A stretch of DNA of 28,336 nt from an uncultured Rhodospirillales bacterium (GCA_964627965.1 CAZVLI010000001.1:1-28336); one strand, 5' to 3'. Positions 1 through 8,848 are shown, counted from the stretch's first letter. The notes: generated by a model not told the origin, from the letters alone. A program made the numbers and translations.

Positions 1-140
1 ACATCCCGCTGGGCGCGGCGCACCGGCTGTCGAACCCGGGCCGGATCGAGCTGGAGCTGATCGAGGTGCAGTCCGGCAGCTACCTCGGCGAGGACGACAT
101 CGTCCGCCTCGATGACGTCTACGGCAGAAACAAAGCCTGA
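1..140 (+). CDS. manC: Mannose-1-phosphate guanylyltransferase/mannose-6-phosphate isomerase, C-terminal cupin fragment (5' truncated by window)
   Basis: Frame from nt 3 reads [45 protein letters not shown], the characteristic ManC/CpsB C-terminus; TGA at 138-140. Not in the ORF track because there is no start in the window. Confidence 0.85.
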   Translation, partial: IPLGAAHRLSNPGRIELELIEVQSGSYLGEDDIVRLDDVYGRNKA

Positions 141-154
141 CAGCGGCGCGTCAC

Positions 155-1303
155 GTGATCATCTGCGACCCGATCCTGTGGGGCGAGGAGCACGCGCCCT
201 TCAACGCCGGTCTGATCCAGGTTGCGGCGGCGGCCGACTCGGGCGCGCTGGCCTTCTGGGCCGAGGCGAGCCACATCGACGCGGTGCGCCGGCTGCTGCC
301 CGATGACGTCGCAGCACGGGTCGAGTTCAAGCCGACCGAGACGCCGCCCCGGGTGCAGGACAAGGACGCGCGGGTGCGCGGCGATGCGATGCATGCCTGG
401 CGCATGGTGCGGGCGGCGTCGGCGGCCGGATCGAGACATCTGATCTTCGCCGGCGCGCTGCAAGGCAACCTGATCGGCGCGAAGATCGCAGGCCTGGCGC
501 TCGGAAGCCGGCGCCCGGCGACCTTCTCGGTCATCCACGGCTCGCTGGCCGAGGTCTGGGGTTGGCGGTCGCGCAATCCACTGCGACGCATGTTCGACAT
601 GGCAGGTGCGCTGGTGTGGCCGGCGCCGTCGGACTTCCGCCTGTTGATCCTAGAGGCCGGCATCGCCGACGCCCTGGCCGCCAGGATTTCCTCGGTGGCC
701 AGGCAGATCGTGGTGCTCGAACATCCGATCGCGGAAACACTGGACCCGCCGGCGACGCGACGACCAGGACCGATGCGGCTCGGCTTCCTCGGCCTGGCGA
801 GCCGGGCCAAGGGGTTCGACCGCTACTGCGAGTTGGCGACGCTGGCGCGCGGTCGCGGCGCGACGGCCGAGTTCCATGCCATCGGCATGGCCGACCCTGG
901 TCGCGCCGACGAGGACGGCATGGATGCCCTGACGACGCGGCCGCAACGCGACAAGCTCTCCCGCGCCGACTTCGTGGAACGGCTGTGCGATCTCGACATG
1001 GTGGTGATGACGCACGATCCGGCGCACTACGCCTATTCGCCGAGCGGCGTGCTGCTCGATGCATTGGCGGCGGAGCGGCCGGTGCTGAGCCTGCCCAACC
1101 CGCTGGTCGACGCCATCGCCGAACGCTACGGGCCGATCGGTCCGAGCGTGGCGAACCTGGAGGAGGCCGCCGCGTTCATCGCCGGTCTGGACGAAGCCGC
1201 GCTGGCCGCGCCGCCTTTCACCGACTACCGCGAGAACCTGTCACGCGCCGCCGCCGGCCGCCGCCCGGCTGCTCTCGCCGCCGAACTCGCCAAGGTGCTG
1301 TAG
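155..1303 (+). CDS. GT-B fold glycosyltransferase (GT4/group 1-like)
   Basis: 382 aa; N-terminal HAPFNA segment, C-terminal GFLGLASRAKG and YAYSPSGVLLDA nucleotide-sugar-binding region; 14 nt downstream of manC. Confidence 0.7.
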   Translation: MIICDPILWGEEHAPFNAGLIQVAAAADSGALAFWAEASHIDAVRRLLPDDVAARVEFKPTETPPRVQDKDARVRGDAMHAWRMVRAASAAGSRHLIFAGALQGNLIGAKIAGLALGSRRPATFSVIHGSLAEVWGWRSRNPLRRMFDMAGALVWPAPSDFRLLILEAGIADALAARISSVARQIVVLEHPIAETLDPPATRRPGPMRLGFLGLASRAKGFDRYCELATLARGRGATAEFHAIGMADPGRADEDGMDALTTRPQRDKLSRADFVERLCDLDMVVMTHDPAHYAYSPSGVLLDALAAERPVLSLPNPLVDAIAERYGPIGPSVANLEEAAAFIAGLDEAALAAPPFTDYRENLSRAAAGRRPAALAAELAKVL

Positions 1304-1332
1304 GGGACGTAGCGCAGATCTAGGGGAGGTTT

Positions 1333-1423
1333 GGCTTGCCGAGCCGTAACTCGCGGCATCCGGCCCGCCTTCGCCCGGTCGGGCTCCGTCGCGGCAGCCT
1401 CCCCTCGCGCTGCGAGTGAAGGC
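1333..1423. repeat. REP-like palindromic element abutting the tRNA CCA end
   Basis: Imperfect inverted repeats ggcttgccgagccgta (1333-1348) and tccgtcgcggcagcc (1385-1399), inner hairpin gcccggtcgggc (1373-1384), and a terminal hairpin 1397-1423 ending exactly at the tRNA 3' end. Confidence 0.5.
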
Positions 1424-1516
1424 TGGCGGAGGGAGTGGGATTCGAACCCACGAAGCGGCTCATCACCGCTTACACACTTTCCAGGCGTGCGCCTTCGACC
1501 ACTCGGCCATCCCTCC
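1424..1516 (-). tRNA. tRNA-Ser (anticodon GGA), 93 nt, encoded CCA
   Basis: Acceptor stem GGAGGGA/UCCCUCC, discriminator G, CCA; anticodon arm GCACGC-CU-GGA-AA-GUGUGU; long variable arm AAGCGG..CCGCUU; T-loop GGUUCGAAUCC. Confidence 0.97.
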
Positions 1517-1529
1517 GCGGGCGGCGCAC

Positions 1530-1557
1530 CTTATAGCAGATGCGGCGGAGGGCTCAA
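1530..1557 (-). promoter_or_regulatory. Sigma70-type promoter for tRNA-Ser
   Basis: TTGAGC-16 nt-TATAAG on the minus strand, followed by a GC-rich discriminator-like stretch just before the tRNA. Confidence 0.6.
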
Positions 1558-1637
1558 CCGGCCAGGCAACGCGTTGATTTCGCATGTACAAGTCGGCACT
1601 GTGACAGGAAGATTCGTCGGCGGCCAGCGGGGACAGC

Positions 1638-1955
1638 ATGTGGATTGGCCGACTACTCGGCCTTCTGTTTCTGGCCCTGGCCTGCCTGGCGGCGGGCGCC
1701 GAACTCGTTCGCAGCCTGGAGGCCGCGGCTTGGGATCCCCTGGCGCTGGGCCAGCTCTGGTTCGACGTCCACCCGCCCAGCCTGAACCTGATGCAGGCGC
1801 TGGTGCAGCGCTACCTGCACCCGGCCGCGTGGGATCCGGTGATGGTCGAGGTGCTGCAGGCGCCGGCCTGGATCGTGACCGGCGCCATCGGCATCGTGCT
1901 ACGGCTCATTTTCCGGCGACGGCGCCCGCGTCGGATATTCGGCCCGAAAGGGTAG
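1638..1955 (+). CDS. Small membrane protein of unknown function
   Basis: 105 aa; GGGGA SD; N- and C-terminal hydrophobic helices flank a LGQLW..HPPSLN..QRYL..WDP core; basic tail. Confidence 0.75.
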   Translation: MWIGRLLGLLFLALACLAAGAELVRSLEAAAWDPLALGQLWFDVHPPSLNLMQALVQRYLHPAAWDPVMVEVLQAPAWIVTGAIGIVLRLIFRRRRPRRIFGPKG

Positions 1956-1968
1956 GCGCCCCGTCCGA

Positions 1969-2814
1969 TCAGATCCGCAGCAGTTCGTTGATTGAGGTCT
2001 TCGAACGGGTCTGGGCGTCGACGCGCTTGACGATCACGGCGCAGTAGAGCGACGGGCCGGGCGTGCCGTCGGGCAGCGGCTTGCCGGGCAGGGCGCCGGG
2101 CACCACCACCGAATAGGCCGGCACGCGGCCGCGCATGACTTCACCCGTCGCTCGGTCGACGATCGGCGTCGAGGCGCCGAGGAACACACCCATCGACAGC
2201 ACCGAGCCTTGCTCCACGATCACGCCCTCGGCAACCTCGGAACGCGCGCCGACGAAGCAGTCGTCCTCGACGATCACCGGATTGGCCTGCAGCGGCTCGA
2301 GCACGCCGCCGATGCCGGCGCCGCCGGAGATATGGCAGTTCTTGCCGATCTGCGCGCAGCTACCGACCGTCGCCCAGGTGTCGACCATGGTGTTCTCGTC
2401 GACATAGGCGCCCAGGTTGACGAAGGACGGCATCACGACCACGCCCTTGGCGAGGTAGGCCGACTTGCGCACCACCGCGCCGGGCACGGCGCGGAAGCCG
2501 GCGTCGCGGAAGCGGTTGTCGCCCCAGCCTTCGAACTTGGACGGCACCTTGTCCCACCAGTTGGTGTTCTCGCCCGGCGCGCCGGCGATCATCGCCATGT
2601 CGTTCAGGCGGAAGGAGAGCAGCACCGCCTGCTTCAGCCACTGGTTGACCTGCCAGTCGCCTTCCTTCTTCTCGGCGACGCGCAGCCGGCCGCCGTCCAT
2701 GGCGTCGAGCGCCTCTTCCACGGCCTCGCGCGGCGCGCCCTGGGTGCTGGAATTGATCCCGTCGCGCTTCTCCCACGCGTCTTCGATGGCGGCTTGCAGC
2801 GCGCTGTCGCTCAT
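1969..2814 (-). CDS. dapD: 2,3,4,5-tetrahydropyridine-2,6-dicarboxylate N-succinyltransferase
   Basis: [26 protein letters not shown], hexapeptide repeats, [36 protein letters not shown]; ATG at 2814 has an AAGGGAG SD (the ORF-track start at 2853 is too long). Confidence 0.97.
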   Translation of the reverse strand: MSDSALQAAIEDAWEKRDGINSSTQGAPREAVEEALDAMDGGRLRVAEKKEGDWQVNQWLKQAVLLSFRLNDMAMIAGAPGENTNWWDKVPSKFEGWGDNRFRDAGFRAVPGAVVRKSAYLAKGVVVMPSFVNLGAYVDENTMVDTWATVGSCAQIGKNCHISGGAGIGGVLEPLQANPVIVEDDCFVGARSEVAEGVIVEQGSVLSMGVFLGASTPIVDRATGEVMRGRVPAYSVVVPGALPGKPLPDGTPGPSLYCAVIVKRVDAQTRSKTSINELLRI

Positions 2815-2842
2815 GGCGGCACTCCCTTGAAATCGCCGGCGC

Positions 2843-2870
2843 ACCTTAGCCACCGGCGGCGGGCTGTCAA
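2843..2870 (-). promoter_or_regulatory. Sigma70-type promoter for dapD
   Basis: Perfect TTGACA (2870-2865, overlapping the upstream TGA stop), 16 nt spacer, TAAGGT. Confidence 0.55.
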
Positions 2871-3376
2871 CGGCTGGCGTTGGCGGCGCGCGGCGGCATC
2901 ACGGCGCCGGAGCAGATCAATGCCCAGAGCAGGATGAACGGCTGGAAGAAGGGCCGCGTGGCGTAATACAGCGGGCTGCCGGGCAGGCCCGGGACGCTGC
3001 CGCCGGTCTCGGCGACATGGCCGTTGGCGACCACCATCACCGACAGCAGCATCGCCAGTCCGACACCCGCCACCGGCCGCAGGTTCGGCAGCCCGAGGCG
3101 TTGCCAAACGACCAGCGGTACAAGCAGGCCGACGGCGCCGGCGATCTCCAGTGCGCCCGAGAGCAGAACCAGTTCGCGGGCCCAGTCGCCGAGGTAGGGC
3201 GGCATCATCGGCAGGTAGCGTTCCTCCAGGCTGAGGAAGTGGTCCGTGCCGATGTAGAGGAAGGCGGCGGCCATGCCGTGGCGCATCGGCATGCGCCAGT
3301 CGCGGCGCGGTCCCCAGACGTACTGCGGGACGTAGGCGGCGAGCCCGATGGCGGCCATCAGGGCGATCATCAGCAT
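2867..3376 (-). CDS. DoxX-like membrane protein
   Basis: 169 aa, about four hydrophobic helices; [22 protein letters not shown] and VANG.H pattern; GGGGAG SD. Confidence 0.7.
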   Translation of the reverse strand: MLMIALMAAIGLAAYVPQYVWGPRRDWRMPMRHGMAAAFLYIGTDHFLSLEERYLPMMPPYLGDWARELVLLSGALEIAGAVGLLVPLVVWQRLGLPNLRPVAGVGLAMLLSVMVVANGHVAETGGSVPGLPGSPLYYATRPFFQPFILLWALICSGAVMPPRAANASR

Positions 3377-3416
3377 GGCAGGTCTCCCCGGTGCGCGGCC
3401 GTGAGCTTCGGACGCA

Positions 3417-3435
3417 ATCTTAACAATGTCAAGAT
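3417..3435. promoter_or_regulatory. AT-rich inverted repeat (candidate operator) between divergent DoxX and MaoC genes
   Basis: ATCTTAAC-AAT-GTCAAGAT, a near-perfect palindrome that contains TTGACA on the minus strand. Confidence 0.45.
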
Positions 3436-3503
3436 AATGCCCCGCAGTGGCCGCGACAGACAGGAACGGGCAGACTGCGGCCGACTCGGCCGGGACGACG
3501 CAG

Positions 3504-3968
3504 ATGCAGGACGCGGCGAAGCTCTACTTCGAAGACCTTCTCATCGGCCAGACGTTCGAGGGCGCCAGCATCCGCGTGCACCGGGCGGCGATGCTGGATT
3601 TCGCGCGCGTCTACGACCCGCAGCCGATGCATGTCGACGCCACGTCGGCGCGGGCGCTGGGCTTTCGCGACATCATCGCCCCCGGTTCGTACACGCACTC
3701 GCTGGCGGCCAAGAGCCTGGGGCCGATCTGGGCGCGCATGCACTTCCTGCCGAGCGAACTGGCGTTCCAGATGAAGTTCGTGCGCGCGGTCTATGCCGAC
3801 GACGTGCTGCGAATCCAGGCGACGGTGAAGGCCAAGCGGCCCAGTCCGGAGGCCGGGCGCGGCATCCTGCAAACCGTCTGCGCCTTCATCAACCAGGACG
3901 GCCGTTCGGTGCTGGACATCGACAATGTCTGGCTGATCCGGACCAATCCGTTTCCGGAACGAGACTAG
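3504..3968 (+). CDS. MaoC-family dehydratase (hot-dog fold)
   Basis: LYFEDL..GQ and YDPQPMHVD hydratase motif; start ATG 3504 or GTG 3447 (same frame). Confidence 0.85.
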   Translation: MQDAAKLYFEDLLIGQTFEGASIRVHRAAMLDFARVYDPQPMHVDATSARALGFRDIIAPGSYTHSLAAKSLGPIWARMHFLPSELAFQMKFVRAVYADDVLRIQATVKAKRPSPEAGRGILQTVCAFINQDGRSVLDIDNVWLIRTNPFPERD

Positions 3969-4636
3969 GCGCGCGCCGCCAGCGCCTGTTCGAGGAACTC
4001 GGCCAGGTCCGGCGCCACGTGGTCGATGTGCTCGCCGGTGCCTTCCGAAGACCATTCGTTGTTCGCCGGCACCCAGATCGTGGTCATGCCCAGCGCCGCG
4101 GCGGGGACCAGGTTCTTGGCGATGTCCTCGACCATCACCGCCGTCGTCGGCTCGATGCCGTAGCGGTGGCACATCAAATCGTATCCGGAACGATCGGGCT
4201 TCGGCAGGTAGGCGCACGCGATGATGTCGTGCACCGCCTCGAAGTGGTCGTCGAGGCCGAGCTGCCCGACGACGCGGTCGGCATACTCGGCGGTGCCGTT
4301 GGTGAAGATCAGCTTGCGCCCCGGCAGGCGGTGCAGCACGTCGTTCAGCCGGTCGTGGCGCGGGATCAGCGACAGGTCGAGCTGATGCACGTAGTTGAGG
4401 AACGGCCCGGGGTCCATGCCGTATTCCAGCATCAGGCCGCGCAACGACGTGCCGTACTTCCGGAACAGGCGTTTCTGCTCGCTCTTGGCGGCGTCGTGCT
4501 CGACCCCGAGGTAGTTGGTCAGGAACTCACCCATGCGCTGGTCGACCTGGGCGAAGACGTTGTACGTCGCCGGGTAGAGCGTGTTGTCGAGATCGAAAAT
4601 CCAGGTCTCGACCGCGTCGATATCCAATGCCGCCAT
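3965..4636 (-). CDS. Pyrimidine 5'-nucleotidase, HAD superfamily
   Basis: WIFDLDNTLYP motif I, LIFTNG, PKP, MVEDIAKNL; ATG at 4636. Confidence 0.88.
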   Translation of the reverse strand: MAALDIDAVETWIFDLDNTLYPATYNVFAQVDQRMGEFLTNYLGVEHDAAKSEQKRLFRKYGTSLRGLMLEYGMDPGPFLNYVHQLDLSLIPRHDRLNDVLHRLPGRKLIFTNGTAEYADRVVGQLGLDDHFEAVHDIIACAYLPKPDRSGYDLMCHRYGIEPTTAVMVEDIAKNLVPAAALGMTTIWVPANNEWSSEGTGEHIDHVAPDLAEFLEQALAARA

Positions 4637-4643
4637 GGCCCGC

Positions 4644-4673
4644 CTTATGCGCCGGACACCGGGCGGCTGGCAA
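4644..4673 (-). promoter_or_regulatory. Candidate promoter giving a leaderless transcript of the nucleotidase
   Basis: TTGCCA-18 nt-CATAAG, with the ATG 8 nt after the -10 hexamer and no SD. Confidence 0.4.
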
Positions 4674-4757
4674 GGGCACGAGCCGGCGATTTCATCGTCT
4701 GTTAAGGCCGGCGCCATAGCCTTCGGGGAGTAACCGAAGGCGCGCTCATTGGCTGCG

Positions 4758-6458
4758 ATGTTTGATCCGAAATCCACCGCTTCCGGCTCGGCCAAGGCGG
4801 TCGGCGCCGGGGATGCGCTGGTGCGCGACTACCCCGGCCCGGCGCTGCGACTGGACCGCGCCGGCCGCGTGGCCGAGCAGAACGACATGGCCGACGGCTG
4901 GCAGATGCAGCTCGCGTCGGTCGCCGGCATGAGCCTGCGGGCCATCGCCGCCCGCGTGGCTGCTTCCGGTCATTCGGAACAGACCCGCGTGCACATGATG
5001 CTGGGCGGTGAAGAGCGGGTCTACGACATCGCCTGCGTGCCGGCCGAGGCGGGACGGGGCACGCTGCTGCTGGGGCGCGACGCCACCGCCGACATGCGGC
5101 TGACCAACGCGCTGATCCTGTCGCGACAGATGTTCAAGGATCTGGTCACCTGCTCCAGCGACTTCGCCTGGGAGACCGATCCGACCGGCGTGTTCAACTT
5201 CGTCAGCCGGCCGGCGGCACTGGGCTACGACATCGAGCAACTCGACGGTCAGCCGGCCGCCGCATTGCTGCACCCGGACCGCGAGATGCCGGCGCAACTC
5301 CCCTTCACGTGCGAGGCGCCGGTGGAGGACGTGGAGTTGTGGCTGCGCCGCGCCGACGGCGAGCCGGCCTGCTTCCTGGCTTCGGCGACACCCGTGCGCA
5401 GTCGCGAGGGCGAGCTGCAGGGGTTTCGTGGTGTCTGCCGCGACGTGACCGAACTGCGCGCGCAGGAAGCGGCGCTGCACCTGGCGCGTGAGCGTGAACG
5501 GCTGTCGGAAGCCGTGGTTGACAGTATCCGCAACGAGGTCGAGCCGGTGGCCATGCTGGCTGCGGCCGTGAGCTCGACGGCGAAGGCCCTTGGCGCCGAT
5601 CAGGGTTGGTTGGTGACCCTGGATGACGGCGGATCGGGCGTGATCGCGGCAAGCACTGGCGATGCCACGCTCGGCGAGGCGACGACGGCGCGGCTGGCGC
5701 GTCGGTTCCGAGACCTCGCCGGTGAAAAGGTTCTGGCCTTCGCGGGTGGCGGGCGGCGCCTCCTGGCGGTGGCTTGCGTCGAGCACGGCGCCACCCGTGG
5801 CGTGCTGTGCGTGGCGCGCTCCGTCGATGCGGCGGCCTGGCAGACGCATGACCGCCAGCTCCTGGCGGCGGTGGCGCCGTCGGTGGCGGTGGCGATCACC
5901 CAGGCGGAGCACATGGACGAGCTGCGCCGGTTGTCGCGCACCGATGAGCTGACCGGCTTGCCGAACCGTCGCGCCTTCCTGGAGATGGTCGAGCAGCGAC
6001 TGCAGCATCTGGCGCGCACGCGACGCGGCGGCGCCGTGCTGTTCTGCGATCTCGACAATTTCAAGCTGATCAACGACCTGCGCGGGCATGCCGCCGGCGA
6101 TGACGCGTTGTGCCAGGTCGCCGACCTGCTGCGCGCCCAGTCGCGCGTCGGCGACATCGCGGCGCGGCTTGGCGGCGACGAGTTCGTGGTCTGGCTGGAA
6201 GAGGTCGACGCCGGCGGCGCCGAAGCGATCGCGCGCCGGCTGCAGGAGCAATTCGCGCCGCTCGGCAACCTCACCGGCGTGGACGAGCGGCCGTTCGGGA
6301 TGTCGATCGGCATCGTGGCCGCCCGTGGCGCGGAAGTGTCGGTCGACCGACTGCTGTCGGTGGCCGACGAGGCAATGTACGTGGCGAAGAAGGCTGGAAA
6401 GGGCGGCATCATCGTCGCCGAGTCGCCGGCAGCTATGGATGGGCGAGACGGATCATGA
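4758..6458 (+). CDS. Diguanylate cyclase (degenerate PAS + PAS + GAF + GGDEF)
   Basis: SSDFAWETD PAS start, GAF-like middle, TDELTGLPNRRAF, DLDNFKLINDLRGHAAGD, RVGD I-site five residues before an intact GGDEF. Start ATG 4758 or TTG 4749. Confidence 0.9.
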   Translation: MFDPKSTASGSAKAVGAGDALVRDYPGPALRLDRAGRVAEQNDMADGWQMQLASVAGMSLRAIAARVAASGHSEQTRVHMMLGGEERVYDIACVPAEAGRGTLLLGRDATADMRLTNALILSRQMFKDLVTCSSDFAWETDPTGVFNFVSRPAALGYDIEQLDGQPAAALLHPDREMPAQLPFTCEAPVEDVELWLRRADGEPACFLASATPVRSREGELQGFRGVCRDVTELRAQEAALHLARERERLSEAVVDSIRNEVEPVAMLAAAVSSTAKALGADQGWLVTLDDGGSGVIAASTGDATLGEATTARLARRFRDLAGEKVLAFAGGGRRLLAVACVEHGATRGVLCVARSVDAAAWQTHDRQLLAAVAPSVAVAITQAEHMDELRRLSRTDELTGLPNRRAFLEMVEQRLQHLARTRRGGAVLFCDLDNFKLINDLRGHAAGDDALCQVADLLRAQSRVGDIAARLGGDEFVVWLEEVDAGGAEAIARRLQEQFAPLGNLTGVDERPFGMSIGIVAARGAEVSVDRLLSVADEAMYVAKKAGKGGIIVAESPAAMDGRDGS

Positions 6459-7708
6459 TGAAACGGCTGTTGTCGCGGGCCCTGGCTCCGAGCGCGCTGC
6501 CGCCGCTGAGCTATGACGAGCAGAAGCAGATGGTGCAGAGCACCGACCCGCAGGCGCGCCGGGCGCTGGCGGAGCGCACCGACGTCCGGCCGGAGATCCT
6601 CTACTACATGACCGACGACGCGGCACCGGAAGTCCGCCGGGCGCTGGCCGGCAACGCCGCGACGCCGGTGCAGGCCGACATGATCCTGGCCAAGGACGAC
6701 GACGACGAGGTGCGCTGCGACCTGGCGATGAAGATCGCCCGGCTGGTGCCGGACATGTCGCCCGACGAGCAGGATCGGGTTCGCGAGCTGACCATCGAGA
6801 CGCTGGAGATGCTGGCGCACGACCAGTTGCCGCGCGTGCGGGCGATCCTGTCGGAGGAGCTGAAGCAGCGCCGCGAAGTGCCGTTGAACGTGGTCCGCGA
6901 CCTCGCCCACGACATCGAGGCGATCGTCGCCGCGCCGATCCTGGAATACTCGCCGCTGTTGTCGGATGCCGACCTGATCGAGGTGATCGCCGCCGGCACC
7001 GCGCACGAGGCGCTGGCCGCGATCGCACGACGCGACGAGGTGTCGTCGGAGGTCGCGGAAGCCGTGGTGGCGACCTACGACGTTGCCGCCGTCGCCGATC
7101 TGCTGGCCAACAAGAGCGCGCAGATCCGCGAGGACACGCTGGATCAGATCATCGACAACGCGCAGGAAGTGGAAACCTGGCACGAGCCGCTGGTGCTGCG
7201 GCCGGAGCTGTCGGTGCGTGCGGTGCGGCGCATCGCGACCTTCGTCGCGGTGTCGCTGGTCGGCATCCTGGCCGAGCGTAACGATCTCGACGAGGACACC
7301 GCCGACATGCTGGCACAGGCGGTGCGCGAGCGGATCAAGTCGGAGGAACCTGGCGAGGGCGAGGAGACCGAGCGCGCACGCAAGATGTTCGAGGCCGGCA
7401 ACCTGGACGACGAAACGCTGTGCGAGGCGATCGATGCCGGCCAGCGCGCCTTCGTGGTCGCCGCGCTGACCCTGGCGACGGCGTTGTCGGAGACGGTCAT
7501 CCGCAAAGGCCTGAACTCGGGCAGCGGCTACGTGGTGACGTCGCTGGTTTGGCAGGCCGGTTTCAGCATGCGCACCGCGTTGCGCGTGCAGAGCAAGGTG
7601 GCGAAGCTGCCGCCGCAGCGGATGCTCAACGCCCGTGGCGGGTTCGACTATCCGCTCAGCGAAGACGAGATGCGCGGCGAGATCGAGAAGCTGAAGCGCG
7701 GCGCCTAG
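6455..7708 (+). CDS. DUF2336 helical-repeat protein
   Basis: LAHDQLPRVRAILSEELK..VPLNVVRDLAHDIEAIVAAPILEYSPLLSDADL pattern; ATG overlaps the DGC TGA (ATGA). The ORF-track start at 6110 overlaps the DGC and is rejected. Confidence 0.8.
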   Translation: MMKRLLSRALAPSALPPLSYDEQKQMVQSTDPQARRALAERTDVRPEILYYMTDDAAPEVRRALAGNAATPVQADMILAKDDDDEVRCDLAMKIARLVPDMSPDEQDRVRELTIETLEMLAHDQLPRVRAILSEELKQRREVPLNVVRDLAHDIEAIVAAPILEYSPLLSDADLIEVIAAGTAHEALAAIARRDEVSSEVAEAVVATYDVAAVADLLANKSAQIREDTLDQIIDNAQEVETWHEPLVLRPELSVRAVRRIATFVAVSLVGILAERNDLDEDTADMLAQAVRERIKSEEPGEGEETERARKMFEAGNLDDETLCEAIDAGQRAFVVAALTLATALSETVIRKGLNSGSGYVVTSLVWQAGFSMRTALRVQSKVAKLPPQRMLNARGGFDYPLSEDEMRGEIEKLKRGA

Positions 7709-7717
7709 GCGCGGCGG

Positions 7718-8848
7718 CTAGTCCTCGCCGGCGGCGAGGTAAGCGGGAGCCGACGTCTCGATCACCCGCTCCGGCGGCATCGTCAGCGTCACGGTCGTGC
7801 CTTCGCCGGGCCGGCTGGCGATGGTGAAGCGGCCGCCATGCAGTTCGATCAGGGCCTTGGCGATGGGCAGGCCGAGGCCAGTCCCGTCATGCGAGCGTCC
7901 GGCGATGGCGCCGGCTTGCCCGAACGGCATCATCGCCATGTCGATCTCGTCGCGGCTCATGCCGATGCCCGAGTCGCGTACCGAAAGCTCCAGGCCGCCA
8001 TCGCCGGCCAGGCGCGTTCCCAGGCTGACCTCGCCGCCGCTCTCGGTGAACTTCATCGCGTTGCTCAGCAGGTTGATCAGGACCCGGCTGACCTTCACCT
8101 GGTCGAGATTCACGCGGCAGTCGGCCAGATGCTTGTCGACCTGCAGGCCGATGCCGAGGCGATGGTACTCGGCCTCGACCATGCGCGTGGCGTTCTCCAC
8201 GACGATGCCGAGTTCGACCGGGTCGTCGTTCAGCCGTTCCGCGCCGGCTTCGATCTTCGACATGTCGAGAATGTCGTTGATGATGGCCAGCAGATGCTGG
8301 CCGCTGTGCTCGATGTCGCCGGCGTAACCGTGGTATCGGGCATGGCCGAGCGGTCCGAAGGATTGCTCGCGCATGATGCCGGCGAAGCCGATGATGGCGT
8401 TCAGCGGCGTGCGGAGCTCGTGACTCATCGATGCCAGGAACTTGCTCTTGGCGGCGTTCGCGGTCTCCGCCTGGTGCTTGGCGATCAGCAGGTCGCGGGC
8501 GCGCTGCTCGGCGGCCGCCTCGGCGGCGCGGCGGGCCTCGATCTCGTCGGCCAGGCGGTCGATCCGCGGCAGCAGCAACGACAGGCCGGCGCCGATCAGC
8601 AGCAGGCCGGGCACGTAGCCCAGATAGGCGATCATCGTGGTGGACGATTCGGGGTCGAACTCGACCGGCAGCAGGTGATCGATGCCGAACAGCAGCCAGT
8701 CGATCAGCACGGTCAGCGTCAGAAACAAAAGACCGGCGCCGACAAGGGTATAGCCCTTGTCGCGGAACAGCATTCGATGCCGCTTGTACACGAAATACGC
8801 GGTCACAAGCGTCATGACGACGAGAATTGGCAGGTCGCTGCCGGTCAT
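7718..8848 (-). CDS. Membrane-anchored sensor histidine kinase (HisKA + HATPase_c)
   Basis: About three N-terminal hydrophobic helices; H-box FLASMSHELRTPLNAIIGF, NLLSNAMKFT, DSGIGM, GTGLGL; ATG 8848 with GGGGGA upstream (alternative GTG 8866). Confidence 0.9.
   Translation of the reverse strand: MTGSDLPILVVMTLVTAYFVYKRHRMLFRDKGYTLVGAGLLFLTLTVLIDWLLFGIDHLLPVEFDPESSTTMIAYLGYVPGLLLIGAGLSLLLPRIDRLADEIEARRAAEAAAEQRARDLLIAKHQAETANAAKSKFLASMSHELRTPLNAIIGFAGIMREQSFGPLGHARYHGYAGDIEHSGQHLLAIINDILDMSKIEAGAERLNDDPVELGIVVENATRMVEAEYHRLGIGLQVDKHLADCRVNLDQVKVSRVLINLLSNAMKFTESGGEVSLGTRLAGDGGLELSVRDSGIGMSRDEIDMAMMPFGQAGAIAGRSHDGTGLGLPIAKALIELHGGRFTIASRPGEGTTVTLTMPPERVIETSAPAYLAAGED

Noticed and set aside
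1-1423. Genomic island integrated at the tRNA-Ser 3' end
   Set aside because: No integrase, no duplicated tRNA 3' fragment in the window and no obvious composition shift; sequence further left is needed.
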